DNA of 64,000 nt, from the IMG/VR virus record IMGVR_UViG_3300025834_000005; one strand, 5' to 3'. This DNA comes from a virus. This document shows, piece after piece, positions 35,854 through 42,896 of this stretch (position 1 is its first letter; every line of letters begins with the position of its first letter). The notes under the pieces are model-generated. The model saw only the letters and a program-made list of their open reading frames with translations. It searched no databases and was not told where the DNA came from. The translations under genes and the position numbers were made by a program.

Positions 35854-35870
35854 TTTGACATGTTGGAATT
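35854..35870 (+). promoter_or_regulatory. Conserved 17-nt motif TTTGACATGTTGGAATT before the first tRNA of array D
   Basis: Identical to 18916..18932. Lies 8 nt before the tRNA at 35878. Confidence 0.4.
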
Positions 35871-35877
35871 AAAATAA

Positions 35878-35962
35878 GCAAGGCTGATCGAGTGGTCGAA
35901 GGTAGGTGGCTGCAAACCATCTGGAAGATTTTCCCTCATTGGTTCGAATCCAATGCCTTGCT
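35878..35962 (+). tRNA. tRNA(GCA, Cys anticodon, U73) with class II shape (16-nt variable arm)
   Basis: Acceptor GCAAGGC/GCCTTGC. Ser-like D arm ATCGAGTGGTCGAAGGT. Anticodon arm GGTGG-CTGCAAA-CCATC. Variable arm T-GGAA-GATT-TTCC-CTC. T arm ATTGG-TTCGAAT-CCAAT. Confidence 0.7.
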
Positions 35963-35974
35963 CAAAATTTATAT

Positions 35975-36047
35975 TGGCTCTTAGCTCATTTGGTAGAGTT
36001 CTTCCCTGATACGGAAGCGGTGGTGGGTTCGAATCCCACAGAGCCAA
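35975..36047 (+). tRNA. tRNA-Ile(GAU)
   Basis: Acceptor TGGCTCT/AGAGCCA. Anticodon arm CTTCC-CTGATAC-GGAAG. T arm GTGGG-TTCGAAT-CCCAC. Confidence 0.9.
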
Positions 36048-36115
36048 CAACAAAGAAATAAAAAAAGTTATTTAATTTTGTAACCTTTTAAAAGTTTCTT
36101 CGTATAACTAAAAAT

Positions 36116-36198
36116 GGAAGGAGTCCGAATGGACGAGGACACGGTCTTGAAAACCGCTGGGTGTAAAAGCTTTATGGGTTCGATTCCCTTTTCTTCCG
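36116..36198 (+). tRNA. tRNA-Ser(UGA)
   Basis: Class II. Acceptor GGAAGGA/TTCTTCC. Anticodon loop CTTGAAA. T loop TTCGATT. Confidence 0.8.
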
Positions 36199-36462
36199 CA
36201 TAGCTGTTTGATCGACAGAATCATTCAGTCTGATATTGATAAGTAGTGTTAGTAATTATTCTGTTTATTTGCTAATAATATTTATTAAGTATCGTTTCCG
36301 AATTGCTTAAGATGCTGTCATTAAAATTCTGTTGGGACAATTAGAAAGGATGTATTGAACTACCCGATTATAAAAGGTCTCCTGAGATTTTGTGAATCTT
36401 TGTAATAAGGTTCGTGGTCGTGAGTACGAGGCTCACATCGGAAATAAAATTTTGCTTCAATT
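36199..36462 (+). other. 264-nt non-coding stretch inside the tRNA island (several hairpins; decayed tRNAs or unknown RNA)
   Basis: No credible ORF. Hairpins ctgt-ttgatcg-acag and gtgag-tacgagg-ctcac (T-arm-like but with a degenerate loop). Confidence 0.25.
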
Positions 36463-36536
36463 GGGGAGGTAGCTCAGTGGTAGTTAGCGGTGGAGTGAAG
36501 CCCCACAGGTCGTCGGTTCGATCCCGACTCTCCCCA
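36463..36536 (+). tRNA. tRNA-Phe(GAA)
   Basis: Acceptor GGGGAGG/TCTCCCC. Anticodon loop GTGAAGC. T arm GTCGG-TTCGATC-CCGAC. Confidence 0.8.
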
Positions 36537-36618
36537 CGAAAAACAATGGCGTTTAGTACTGTTACTTCACAGGAAATGAAACAAACACAGTACTTCTATC
36601 TACCTTGTTTTTATTATT

Positions 36619-36692
36619 GCAGGTGACGCATAAGTGGTGGTGCATCAGGTTGCCAATCTGAAATAGAGACGGATCGTTCCCGTTCACCTGCT
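36619..36692 (+). tRNA. tRNA-Gly(GCC)
   Basis: Acceptor GCAGGTG/CACCTGC. Anticodon arm TCAGG-TTGCCAA-TCTGA. T arm GACGG-ATCGTTC-CCGTT. Confidence 0.8.
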
Positions 36693-36706
36693 CCACAAAT
36701 TAAATT

Positions 36707-36792
36707 GCAGTAATCGCATAGTTGGTCGATTGCGCCAGCCTTCCAAGCTGGAAAGAGAAATCACGTCGAGGGTTCGAATCCCTCTTACTGCT
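36707..36792 (+). tRNA. tRNA(UCC, Gly anticodon, U73) with 16-nt variable region
   Basis: Acceptor GCAGTAA/TTACTGC. Anticodon arm CCAGC-CTTCCAA-GCTGG. Variable region AAAGAGAAATCACGTC. T arm GAGGG-TTCGAAT-CCCTC. Confidence 0.7.
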
Positions 36793-36806
36793 CAAAATTA
36801 TTAAAG

Positions 36807-37079
36807 ATGAAACTGAAAAATTTATTGAAAGCTTTGTGGGGTCAGTTACCAGTGCAAAGAGCATTTAGGAATTTCTTTATCACTGGAAATGCTCGTGGCA
36901 TGTTTGACATAAGAAGTCACCAACGAGAAGATGGAAGTCCTAAAGTTATGTATAACACCAAAGCCACTGCACAAAAAGCAGCTGATAGTATGGGTAAAAA
37001 AATGGATAGACATTTCTCGGTTTATAAATGCATCTTTTGTGATGGATACCACTTAGGTAAGAATAGAGATAATAAATAA
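36807..37079 (+). CDS. Hypothetical small protein (C-terminal YKCxFCDGYHLG)
   Basis: 90 aa ORF between tRNA genes. Confidence 0.55.
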   Translation: MKLKNLLKALWGQLPVQRAFRNFFITGNARGMFDIRSHQREDGSPKVMYNTKATAQKAADSMGKKMDRHFSVYKCIFCDGYHLGKNRDNK

Positions 37080-37089
37080 TACGATATAT

Positions 37090-37164
37090 TGCGGAATGGA
37101 CTGGAGGTGGCTTCCAGCATGGTCTCATAAGCCAATCACACAGGTTCGAATCCTGTTTCCGCAT
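37090..37164 (+). tRNA. tRNA(CAU), Met or Ile2 undetermined
   Basis: Acceptor TGCGGAA/TTCCGCA. Anticodon loop CTCATAA. T arm ACAGG-TTCGAAT-CCTGT. 4-nt acceptor-D connector. Confidence 0.65.
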
Positions 37165-37177
37165 CTAAATTAAATAA

Positions 37178-37588
37178 ATGGTTAATAATAAAAATTGTAT
37201 TCACTGTGGAAATAGTTTATCTGGTCAACAGTATAAATTTTGTTCGAGTAAATGTAAAAATTCGACTTATCAAAATAAAAAAAGAAGAGAATTTAAAGAT
37301 ATTACAGGTATTTCATTTCAATCATATAAAGGCATAAAGTTAAAACTATTACTTATTTTGGAATTTGGCGGTGCTTGTATTGGATGTGGATATAAAAAGA
37401 ATCTATCAGCATTAGAATTTCATCATCTTGACCCTAATGAGAAGGAATTTACAATTGATGTGAGAACATTGTCGAATCGCAATATTGATAAGATAAGGAA
37501 TGAGCTAAAAAAATGCATACTTGTTTGCTCTAATTGTCATCAGGAAATACATTATCCGCATTTAGATATTGAAACATTAAATTTATAA
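37178..37588 (+). CDS. HNH endonuclease (homing-endonuclease-like)
   Basis: N-terminal Cys pairs. LEFHHLDPNEK..LVCSNCHQEIH HNH core. Inserted between tRNA(CAU) copies. Confidence 0.75.
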   Translation: MVNNKNCIHCGNSLSGQQYKFCSSKCKNSTYQNKKRREFKDITGISFQSYKGIKLKLLLILEFGGACIGCGYKKNLSALEFHHLDPNEKEFTIDVRTLSNRNIDKIRNELKKCILVCSNCHQEIHYPHLDIETLNL

Positions 37589-37598
37589 TTTATACATA

Positions 37599-37829
37599 AT
37601 GATTGAAAGTAATTATAACTCATACGGAAAATTGAAAACAGATAAAGAAACAAAAATTAAAGCTGGCGATACTGTTGAATACAGCTATGCCGATAACGAC
37701 CCAAATGATAAAAATAAAAAAATAATCATAACATTAAGAGGTATTTGGGATGGTGAAAAGGTCTGCTTTGATGATAAGGAACATACTGTTGTAAGAACAA
37801 CATTTTGGTTAACAAAAATAGAAGAATAA
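37599..37829 (+). CDS. Hypothetical protein
   Basis: 76 aa ORF. Confidence 0.55.
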   Translation: MIESNYNSYGKLKTDKETKIKAGDTVEYSYADNDPNDKNKKIIITLRGIWDGEKVCFDDKEHTVVRTTFWLTKIEE

Positions 37830-37830
37830 C

Positions 37831-37962
37831 ATGGAAAGTAAAGACGAAATAATTGAGGAAAAGACAGAAGACCCTATTAATAACTTTGAGGGCGATGGTA
37901 AATTTCATAAATTAAGACTTAAGAATACACATCTTACGCCAAAGAAGAAAAAACGCAAATAG
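37831..37962 (+). CDS. Small basic-tailed hypothetical protein (43 aa)
   Basis: ATG 2 nt after the upstream stop. Ends in KKKKRK-TAG, touching the next tRNA. Below the track size cutoff. Confidence 0.4.
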   Translation: MESKDEIIEEKTEDPINNFEGDGKFHKLRLKNTHLTPKKKKRK

Positions 37963-38034
37963 CGATATTGGTACTGGTTTCCAGTCACGATCTCATAAGT
38001 CGTTGATATGCAGGTTCGATTCCTGTTATCGCCA
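37961..38034 (+). tRNA. tRNA(CAU) with 1:72 A-C mismatch
   Basis: Acceptor AGCGATA/TATCGCC. Anticodon arm ACGAT-CTCATAA-GTCGT. T arm GCAGG-TTCGATT-CCTGT. Unusual D arm (ACTGG-TTT-CCAGT). Confidence 0.65.
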
Positions 38035-38047
38035 CATTAAAACACAC

Positions 38048-38132
38048 TGCGGAATAGTGTAATTGGTAACACACGAGGCTCATAACCTTGAGACATTAAA
38101 TGCTTGTATTGGTTCGAGTCCAATTTCCGCTT
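38048..38132 (+). tRNA. tRNA(CAU) with 17-nt variable region
   Basis: Acceptor TGCGGAA/TTCCGCT. D arm GTGT-AATTGGTA-ACAC. Anticodon arm CGAGG-CTCATAA-CCTTG. T arm ATTGG-TTCGAGT-CCAAT. Confidence 0.65.
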
Positions 38133-38144
38133 CTATATTTACTT

Positions 38145-38218
38145 GGTCGTGTGGCGCAATTGGTTAGCGCAAGATGCTTATATCATCGAGGTTGTGGGTT
38201 CGAGTCCCACCATGACCA
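38145..38218 (+). tRNA. tRNA-Ile(UAU)
   Basis: Acceptor GGTCGTG/CATGACC. Anticodon loop CTTATAT. T arm GTGGG-TTCGAGT-CCCAC. Confidence 0.8.
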
Positions 38219-38229
38219 CAATAATTAAT

Positions 38230-38302
38230 GCTTCCGTAGCTCAGTTGGTAGAGCAATTGACTGTTAATCAATTGGTCACAGGTTCAAGTCCTGTCGGGAG
38301 CG
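38230..38302 (+). tRNA. tRNA-Asn(GUU)
   Basis: Acceptor GCTTCCG/CGGGAGC. Anticodon arm ATTGA-CTGTTAA-TCAAT. T arm ACAGG-TTCAAGT-CCTGT. Confidence 0.9.
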
Positions 38303-38309
38303 CAAAGAT

Positions 38310-38404
38310 ATCAGTGTACTCAAGTGGCTGACGAGAAGTCGTCGAGAAGACGATTAGGATGGGAAAGACTCCCATCCTCATGGGTTCGAATCCCATCACA
38401 GGTA
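38310..38404 (+). tRNA. Ser-type class II tRNA-like gene, 95 nt, odd anticodon loop (CGAGAAG, anticodon AGA if 7-nt loop)
   Basis: D arm CTC-AAGTGGCTGAC-GAG. Anticodon hairpin GTCGT(C)-GAGAA-(G)ACGAT. 8-bp variable arm GGATGGGA/TCCCATCC. T arm ATGGG-TTCGAAT-CCCAT. Confidence 0.5.
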
Positions 38405-38412
38405 TTTCATAT

Positions 38413-38493
38413 GCTTAGTTAGCCAAGTGGAAAGGCAGCACGCTGTTAACGTGCCGAAGAAATTCATCGTAGGTTCGATCCCTGCACTGAGCG
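38413..38493 (+). tRNA. tRNA(GUU, Asn anticodon, G73) with class II shape (14-nt variable arm)
   Basis: Acceptor GCTTAGT/ACTGAGC. D arm GCC-AAGTGGAAA-GGC. Anticodon arm GCACG-CTGTTAA-CGTGC. Variable arm C-GAA-GAAA-TTC-ATC. T arm GTAGG-TTCGATC-CCTGC. Confidence 0.7.
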
Positions 38494-38510
38494 CAAATAA
38501 ATAATGTATT

Positions 38511-38777
38511 ATGAATGATGACACTGGAAGGTATTATATTACCGATTTCAAAACGAAAAGAACGTTTTGTGTAGAGCCGATTGGCGATGATCGAACGAAT
38601 TGGGGCGATGTAGACCCTGTAACTAAGAAGCTTACAGGTGATTATGGAAAGAAACATCGTGGAAGTATTGACGAAGCTGATTCAATAATCACAAAGGAGA
38701 ATGGGTTCAAGAATATTGTCACATTACCAGCTGGTGAATCACCTCAAAGTTATATCGATAATTTGCTAAAATTATAG
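38511..38777 (+). CDS. Hypothetical protein
   Basis: 88 aa ORF. The antisense ORF over the tRNAs is rejected. Confidence 0.55.
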   Translation: MNDDTGRYYITDFKTKRTFCVEPIGDDRTNWGDVDPVTKKLTGDYGKKHRGSIDEADSIITKENGFKNIVTLPAGESPQSYIDNLLKL

Positions 38778-38808
38778 TTGCATATTTAATATATTATGAC
38801 TAAATTTG
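38778..38808 (+). promoter_or_regulatory. Bacteroidota-type promoter
   Basis: tagTTGCATatttaatatattatgacTAAATTTGcag, closely resembling the 14590-14625 promoter region. Confidence 0.5.
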
Positions 38809-38828
38809 CAGTCTAAAATATATTAGAT

Positions 38829-39053
38829 ATGATAGTAAAATATGAACATCATGGAACATTGGTAAATGTAGACATGGATTTAAAAGGATTGCATCGTGAG
38901 CATTGTTTATGCTTTCAAGGTTGTAATTTCTTCAAGCCCGAAGATCATGCAAATAATTGCGAAATCGCCAACGCTGTTTTCAAAAATTGTGTTGACTTCA
39001 ACATTGTTACTCCTGTTTGGGAATGCCCTAAGTTTGAAAAGGAGACTGTATAA
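38829..39053 (+). CDS. Cys-rich small protein
   Basis: 74 aa with 7 Cys (HCLCFQGC..NNC..NC..WEC). Confidence 0.55.
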   Translation: MIVKYEHHGTLVNVDMDLKGLHREHCLCFQGCNFFKPEDHANNCEIANAVFKNCVDFNIVTPVWECPKFEKETV

Positions 39054-39361
39054 TGGCATTAGAAAAATTAATTTTTGCAGAGGATATATTCGACAACCTC
39101 TTTAAAGGAAAAGTATGTACGATTCGACAGGGTCGTAGAGACGTCGAACTTGGTGATCTTTTATGTGAATCACTTGAAGAACATAGATTGAAAACTGTTA
39201 ATGTTATAATGGTTATTTATTGCAGTCTTCAAGATATTCCAGATGAATTTGTTGAGAATGATGGATATCTTGAGCATTATGATATGTTGGCTAAAATGAG
39301 AAGATTCTATCCAGATATTGAATTAACAACCGAGTGCTCAGTAATTATATTCGAGGTATGA
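39053..39361 (+). CDS. ASCH-like (PUA-fold) domain protein
   Basis: FKGKVCTIRQGRRDVELGDLL and a C-terminal ..VIIFEV fit the ASCH pattern. Start overlaps the upstream stop. Confidence 0.4.
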   Translation: MALEKLIFAEDIFDNLFKGKVCTIRQGRRDVELGDLLCESLEEHRLKTVNVIMVIYCSLQDIPDEFVENDGYLEHYDMLAKMRRFYPDIELTTECSVIIFEV

Positions 39362-39624
39362 AAGAAGTTAATGAGCCAGCAAGTTCCGAATTTATAAATG
39401 AATCTGGACTTGATTTTAAAAACATTAGTTCAGAAAGATATAGACAATATGTTTTTCCTAATGGCGAGAATTTGATCATAAATCAGCCTCTTTATCTAAA
39501 CGTTAGTCCGAGTGGCGGACATAGATTATTTGACAATTTCGGTAACAGCTATTATGTTCAGCCTCAAGAGGGTTGGTATATTAAATGGCAAGCAAAATTT
39601 GGATTACCAAACTTCGTTAAATAG
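39358..39624 (+). CDS. Hypothetical protein
   Basis: ATGA overlap with the upstream stop (ATG 39358 preferred over GTG 39334). Stop TAG, with an in-frame TAA two codons later. Confidence 0.55.
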   Translation: MKEVNEPASSEFINESGLDFKNISSERYRQYVFPNGENLIINQPLYLNVSPSGGHRLFDNFGNSYYVQPQEGWYIKWQAKFGLPNFVK

Positions 39625-39690
39625 AAAGACTAAAATGTTGGAGTAACATAATCCGTGTGCCAACTACCTATAATGGGTTTACGGAAATAC

Positions 39691-39763
39691 GCCAGCGTAA
39701 TTCAGTTGATAGAATAGCGCACTTGTAATGCGAATGTCGTGGGTTTGATCCCCTCCGCTGGCT
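39691..39763 (+). tRNA. tRNA-Thr(UGU)
   Basis: Acceptor GCCAGCG/CGCTGGC. Anticodon loop CTTGTAA. T loop TTTGATC. Confidence 0.85.
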
Positions 39764-39771
39764 CTTAAATT

Positions 39772-39857
39772 GCCTTTTTCGCTTAGTTGGTCGATAGCAC
39801 CTGATTAGTAATCAGGATTTCTCCAGAAACACATTGGTTCGAACCCAATAAAAGGCT
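39772..39857 (+). tRNA. tRNA(AGU, Thr anticodon, A34) with class II shape (16-nt variable arm)
   Basis: Acceptor GCCTTTT/AAAAGGC. Anticodon arm CCTGA-TTAGTAA-TCAGG. Variable arm A-TTTC-TCCA-GAAA-CAC. T arm ATTGG-TTCGAAC-CCAAT. Confidence 0.7.
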
Positions 39858-39879
39858 CAAACATTTAAATTAAAAAGTG

Positions 39880-40272
39880 ATGACAATTCAGGAGCAGATT
39901 AATTCAGACATCCATCAAGCAATGTTGGATAAGAACAAAGATTTATTAACATTTTTAAGGGTGGTTGCCAGCGACTTTTATTTTAAGGGTAAAGTGATCG
40001 AAGATGAGACGGCGAAGAAAGTGTTGCGCACATTAAAAGAAGAAGCAACCTTAATGAATAACCAATACGAAATTGAGGTAATCGCTAAATATCTCCCAGC
40101 TTTATTAAGCGAAGCAGAGATCGAGGCACTCGTTGTAGCTGCTATTAATGACAATGGGTTCAATGGAATGAAAGACATGGGTAAGGTTATGGCTGAGTTG
40201 AAAAAGTCTCCTAATGCCTCTCAAATCGACAACACATATGCAAGCAAATTAGTTAGGGTACTTTTAAAATAA
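39880..40272 (+). CDS. GatB/YqeY domain protein
   Basis: KYLPALLSEAEIEALV..GMKDMGKVMAELKK..ASKLVRVLL is the YqeY-family pattern. Confidence 0.7.
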   Translation: MTIQEQINSDIHQAMLDKNKDLLTFLRVVASDFYFKGKVIEDETAKKVLRTLKEEATLMNNQYEIEVIAKYLPALLSEAEIEALVVAAINDNGFNGMKDMGKVMAELKKSPNASQIDNTYASKLVRVLLK

Positions 40273-40279
40273 TTAATAT

Positions 40280-40353
40280 GCCTCATTAGCTCAGTTGAAT
40301 AGAGCGTGGCACTTCTAATGCTAAGGTCGCTGGTTTGAATCCAGCATGGGGTA
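40280..40353 (+). tRNA. tRNA-Arg(UCU)
   Basis: Anticodon arm TGGCA-CTTCTAA-TGCTA. T arm GCTGG-TTTGAAT-CCAGC. Confidence 0.85.
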
Positions 40354-40374
40354 CAAATTAATATAATTACGATC

Positions 40375-40650
40375 ATGAATATAATAAAAATTGAGAATGT
40401 TAAGGAAGTTGACGTTCGTTCTGACGGAATCACGGCGTTAAATAATTTCAAGATGGATAGTAACAGTAATAAATCCGTTATTATTGTTATGAATGATAAC
40501 GATATAAATAATATTAATACAGCTAATAAGCTCAGAGGATTTTATATTAGCTGTATTGTAATTCCTAAAGGTAAGTATTTATTAGCTGAATTGGAAAATC
40601 AATTACGAAATAATTTCAAAAAAGGTAAAATCGTAATTAGCTATTATTAA
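40375..40650 (+). CDS. Hypothetical protein
   Basis: 91 aa ORF between the two tRNA-Arg genes. Confidence 0.55.
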   Translation: MNIIKIENVKEVDVRSDGITALNNFKMDSNSNKSVIIVMNDNDINNINTANKLRGFYISCIVIPKGKYLLAELENQLRNNFKKGKIVISYY

Positions 40651-40657
40651 AAAATAT

Positions 40658-40731
40658 GGCTCTGTAGCTCAACTGGATAGAGCACTTCGCTACGAACGAA
40701 GAGGTTGGGGGTTCGAATCCCTTCAAGGTCA
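40658..40731 (+). tRNA. tRNA-Arg(ACG)
   Basis: Anticodon arm CTTCG-CTACGAA-CGAAG. T arm GGGGG-TTCGAAT-CCCTT. Confidence 0.85.
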
Positions 40732-40745
40732 CAAAAGTATATAAT

Positions 40746-41627
40746 ATGAAAAAGAACGTAATATTTTATAATGCATATCATAAGGGCGACTTGCATTATT
40801 CGCGACAATTTATGAAAGACATTCAAAAGAAGTTATCAGGTAGATATGAGAATTTCTTTTATTCTGATAACTATCCCGATGATAATATTTATTTCGACTT
40901 AGTTGATTTTAAACGAGTTCCATTTGAGAATATGCCCGATGAAAATTCTCAGGTTACTTACGACGAGAAAAACGTTTATATTAACACATGGGTAGGACAG
41001 GGCGGCTTTAAATATGTTGTTGATCTTCTTTGTTGCTTAAAATCATATCATAATATGTATAAGGACATTTACGCAACATTAGGTATTCAAATAAGAAGGA
41101 TTGATACATATATTCCTACGATTGATTATACAATGCTTGACCAACAGCATACCGTAAATATTTTGAATTTCAACAGTCAGCAAAAACTCACCAACGTAAA
41201 GAAGAAGATACTTATATGCAACGGTGATGTGCTATCAAAACAATCTGAGAATTTTAAATTTGAATACATTGTAAACATACTTGCATTCATGAATCTCAAT
41301 TGTACTTTTATATGTACCAGTAAATCTTTCCTACCCAAAACCGATAATATTGTTTTCTGCGAGGATATCATAAAAAAAGATGGCGGCGATCTAAATGAAA
41401 TTTCTTTTCTATCAACATTTTGCGATATAATTGTCGGCAGAGCTTCAGGTTCTTATGCATTCACTCATGTAAAGGAAAACATTGGAAATAAGGATATCGA
41501 CTATGTTTCATTCTGTAGATCAGAATATGAGGGAGTTTGGTATCAGGGAAAAGCTTCTAATAGTTGGTCTGATAAATACACCATAAATAATATTGTTGAT
41601 ATGATTAATTTGAAAATAAATGACTAA
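40746..41627 (+). CDS. Hypothetical protein (first gene of glycosyltransferase cluster)
   Basis: 293 aa ORF, translationally coupled to the next gene. Confidence 0.6.
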   Translation: MKKNVIFYNAYHKGDLHYSRQFMKDIQKKLSGRYENFFYSDNYPDDNIYFDLVDFKRVPFENMPDENSQVTYDEKNVYINTWVGQGGFKYVVDLLCCLKSYHNMYKDIYATLGIQIRRIDTYIPTIDYTMLDQQHTVNILNFNSQQKLTNVKKKILICNGDVLSKQSENFKFEYIVNILAFMNLNCTFICTSKSFLPKTDNIVFCEDIIKKDGGDLNEISFLSTFCDIIVGRASGSYAFTHVKENIGNKDIDYVSFCRSEYEGVWYQGKASNSWSDKYTINNIVDMINLKIND

Positions 41628-42288
41628 AAAGGTATTAATATTTACAAGTGCTTGGGGTAGAAGACCATTAATGACAAGACAATGCATGCTAAGCGTTATG
41701 GCTCAGAGTTATAAAAATCTTGTTCATTCGGTTAACATAACATTAGACGCTAATTCAAAAACAATGGATTATACGCCGATGTTTGAAGACCTTGTGAAAT
41801 TGGATAATAGATTGATTGTAAACCATAGTCCTAATAATCATACTCACCCCAATAACATGTTTGCCATAAAATCAGTTCCTAATTTTATGGAATATGATTA
41901 TTTTCTAAAGATGGATAACGACGATATTTATAAAACTAATTACGTCGAGAATATTGTAAATTTCTTTGAAGCTAATCCAAACATTGATATCACTTCAACC
42001 AGAATAACCTATCATTTAAACGGATGTGATCTTTATAAAGGCTCATGGGATAATTTTGGTGCAAACCCAGAAGGCTCACACTATCACATGCCTATGACAT
42101 TTGCGTTCACACGTAAAGCTTTGGAGTCTATCATTGGATTGACAAATATTTATGGCTTCGATGACATGATGTGGCGTGACGCATGGGATAAGGATGGTTT
42201 AAAACATAAGCCAGTGCTTAATGATAGTGAGGTTATTTGGAATGTTCATGGCGGAAATGTGTCAACTGGAGATTGGCTAAAGAAATGA
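41620..42288 (+). CDS. Putative glycosyltransferase (GT-A-like)
   Basis: VLIFTSAWGRRPLMTRQCMLSVMAQSY N-terminus and an MDNDD acidic motif. Confidence 0.45.
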   Translation: MTKKVLIFTSAWGRRPLMTRQCMLSVMAQSYKNLVHSVNITLDANSKTMDYTPMFEDLVKLDNRLIVNHSPNNHTHPNNMFAIKSVPNFMEYDYFLKMDNDDIYKTNYVENIVNFFEANPNIDITSTRITYHLNGCDLYKGSWDNFGANPEGSHYHMPMTFAFTRKALESIIGLTNIYGFDDMMWRDAWDKDGLKHKPVLNDSEVIWNVHGGNVSTGDWLKK

Positions 42289-42896
42289 ATACAATAAATA
42301 ATACATTCGAGAAAGTATATTGTATTAATCTCGATAGAGCTACAGAGCGATGGAATAAATCATGTAGACAATTTAAGCAGCATCAAATAGAAGTCGAACG
42401 TGTGTCAGGTATTGAACCCAAAGCTGGCGTTAATGACTTGTATGCTGGAGAGATAGGTATCATGCGTACCAATTATCAGCTTGTGAAAAATGCTAAAGAG
42501 AATAACTATAAAAATATTTTCATATTTGAGGATGACTTTATTGTGCCGCCAGATTTTATATCTAAATTTAATTGGTATTTTGACGAAGTGCCTGACGATT
42601 GGGATTTCTTATATCTTGGCGGCTGGCATTTTGGTGATGTTGTACAGATAACCGATAATATCGCCAAAGTTAGACGAACATTTGCAACACATTCATTTGC
42701 GATAAAGAATACGATGTATGATCGAATCCTTATGGATATTTCAAAGGAAAAGCATCCTGTTGATGTTTATTATGCTGATATGATGCCAACCTGTAATGCT
42801 TATTGCATCACACCTAATTTATCCAATCAAATAAATGGATACTCATATATACAAAATATAGTTATGAATCATGATGGATGGGGACGGAAATCGTAG
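42285..42896 (+). CDS. Glycosyltransferase family 25-like (LOS/LPS-type)
   Basis: KVYCINLDRATERW..GEIGIMRTNYQLV..IFIFEDDF pattern. ATGA coupling. Tandem stops TAG-TAA. Confidence 0.6.
   Translation: MNTINNTFEKVYCINLDRATERWNKSCRQFKQHQIEVERVSGIEPKAGVNDLYAGEIGIMRTNYQLVKNAKENNYKNIFIFEDDFIVPPDFISKFNWYFDEVPDDWDFLYLGGWHFGDVVQITDNIAKVRRTFATHSFAIKNTMYDRILMDISKEKHPVDVYYADMMPTCNAYCITPNLSNQINGYSYIQNIVMNHDGWGRKS

Noticed and set aside
36463-36536. tmRNA or other large tRNA-like RNA in the island
   Set aside because: No tRNA-like acceptor/T-arm pair enclosing a tag reading frame was found. This locus folds as ordinary tRNA-Phe.
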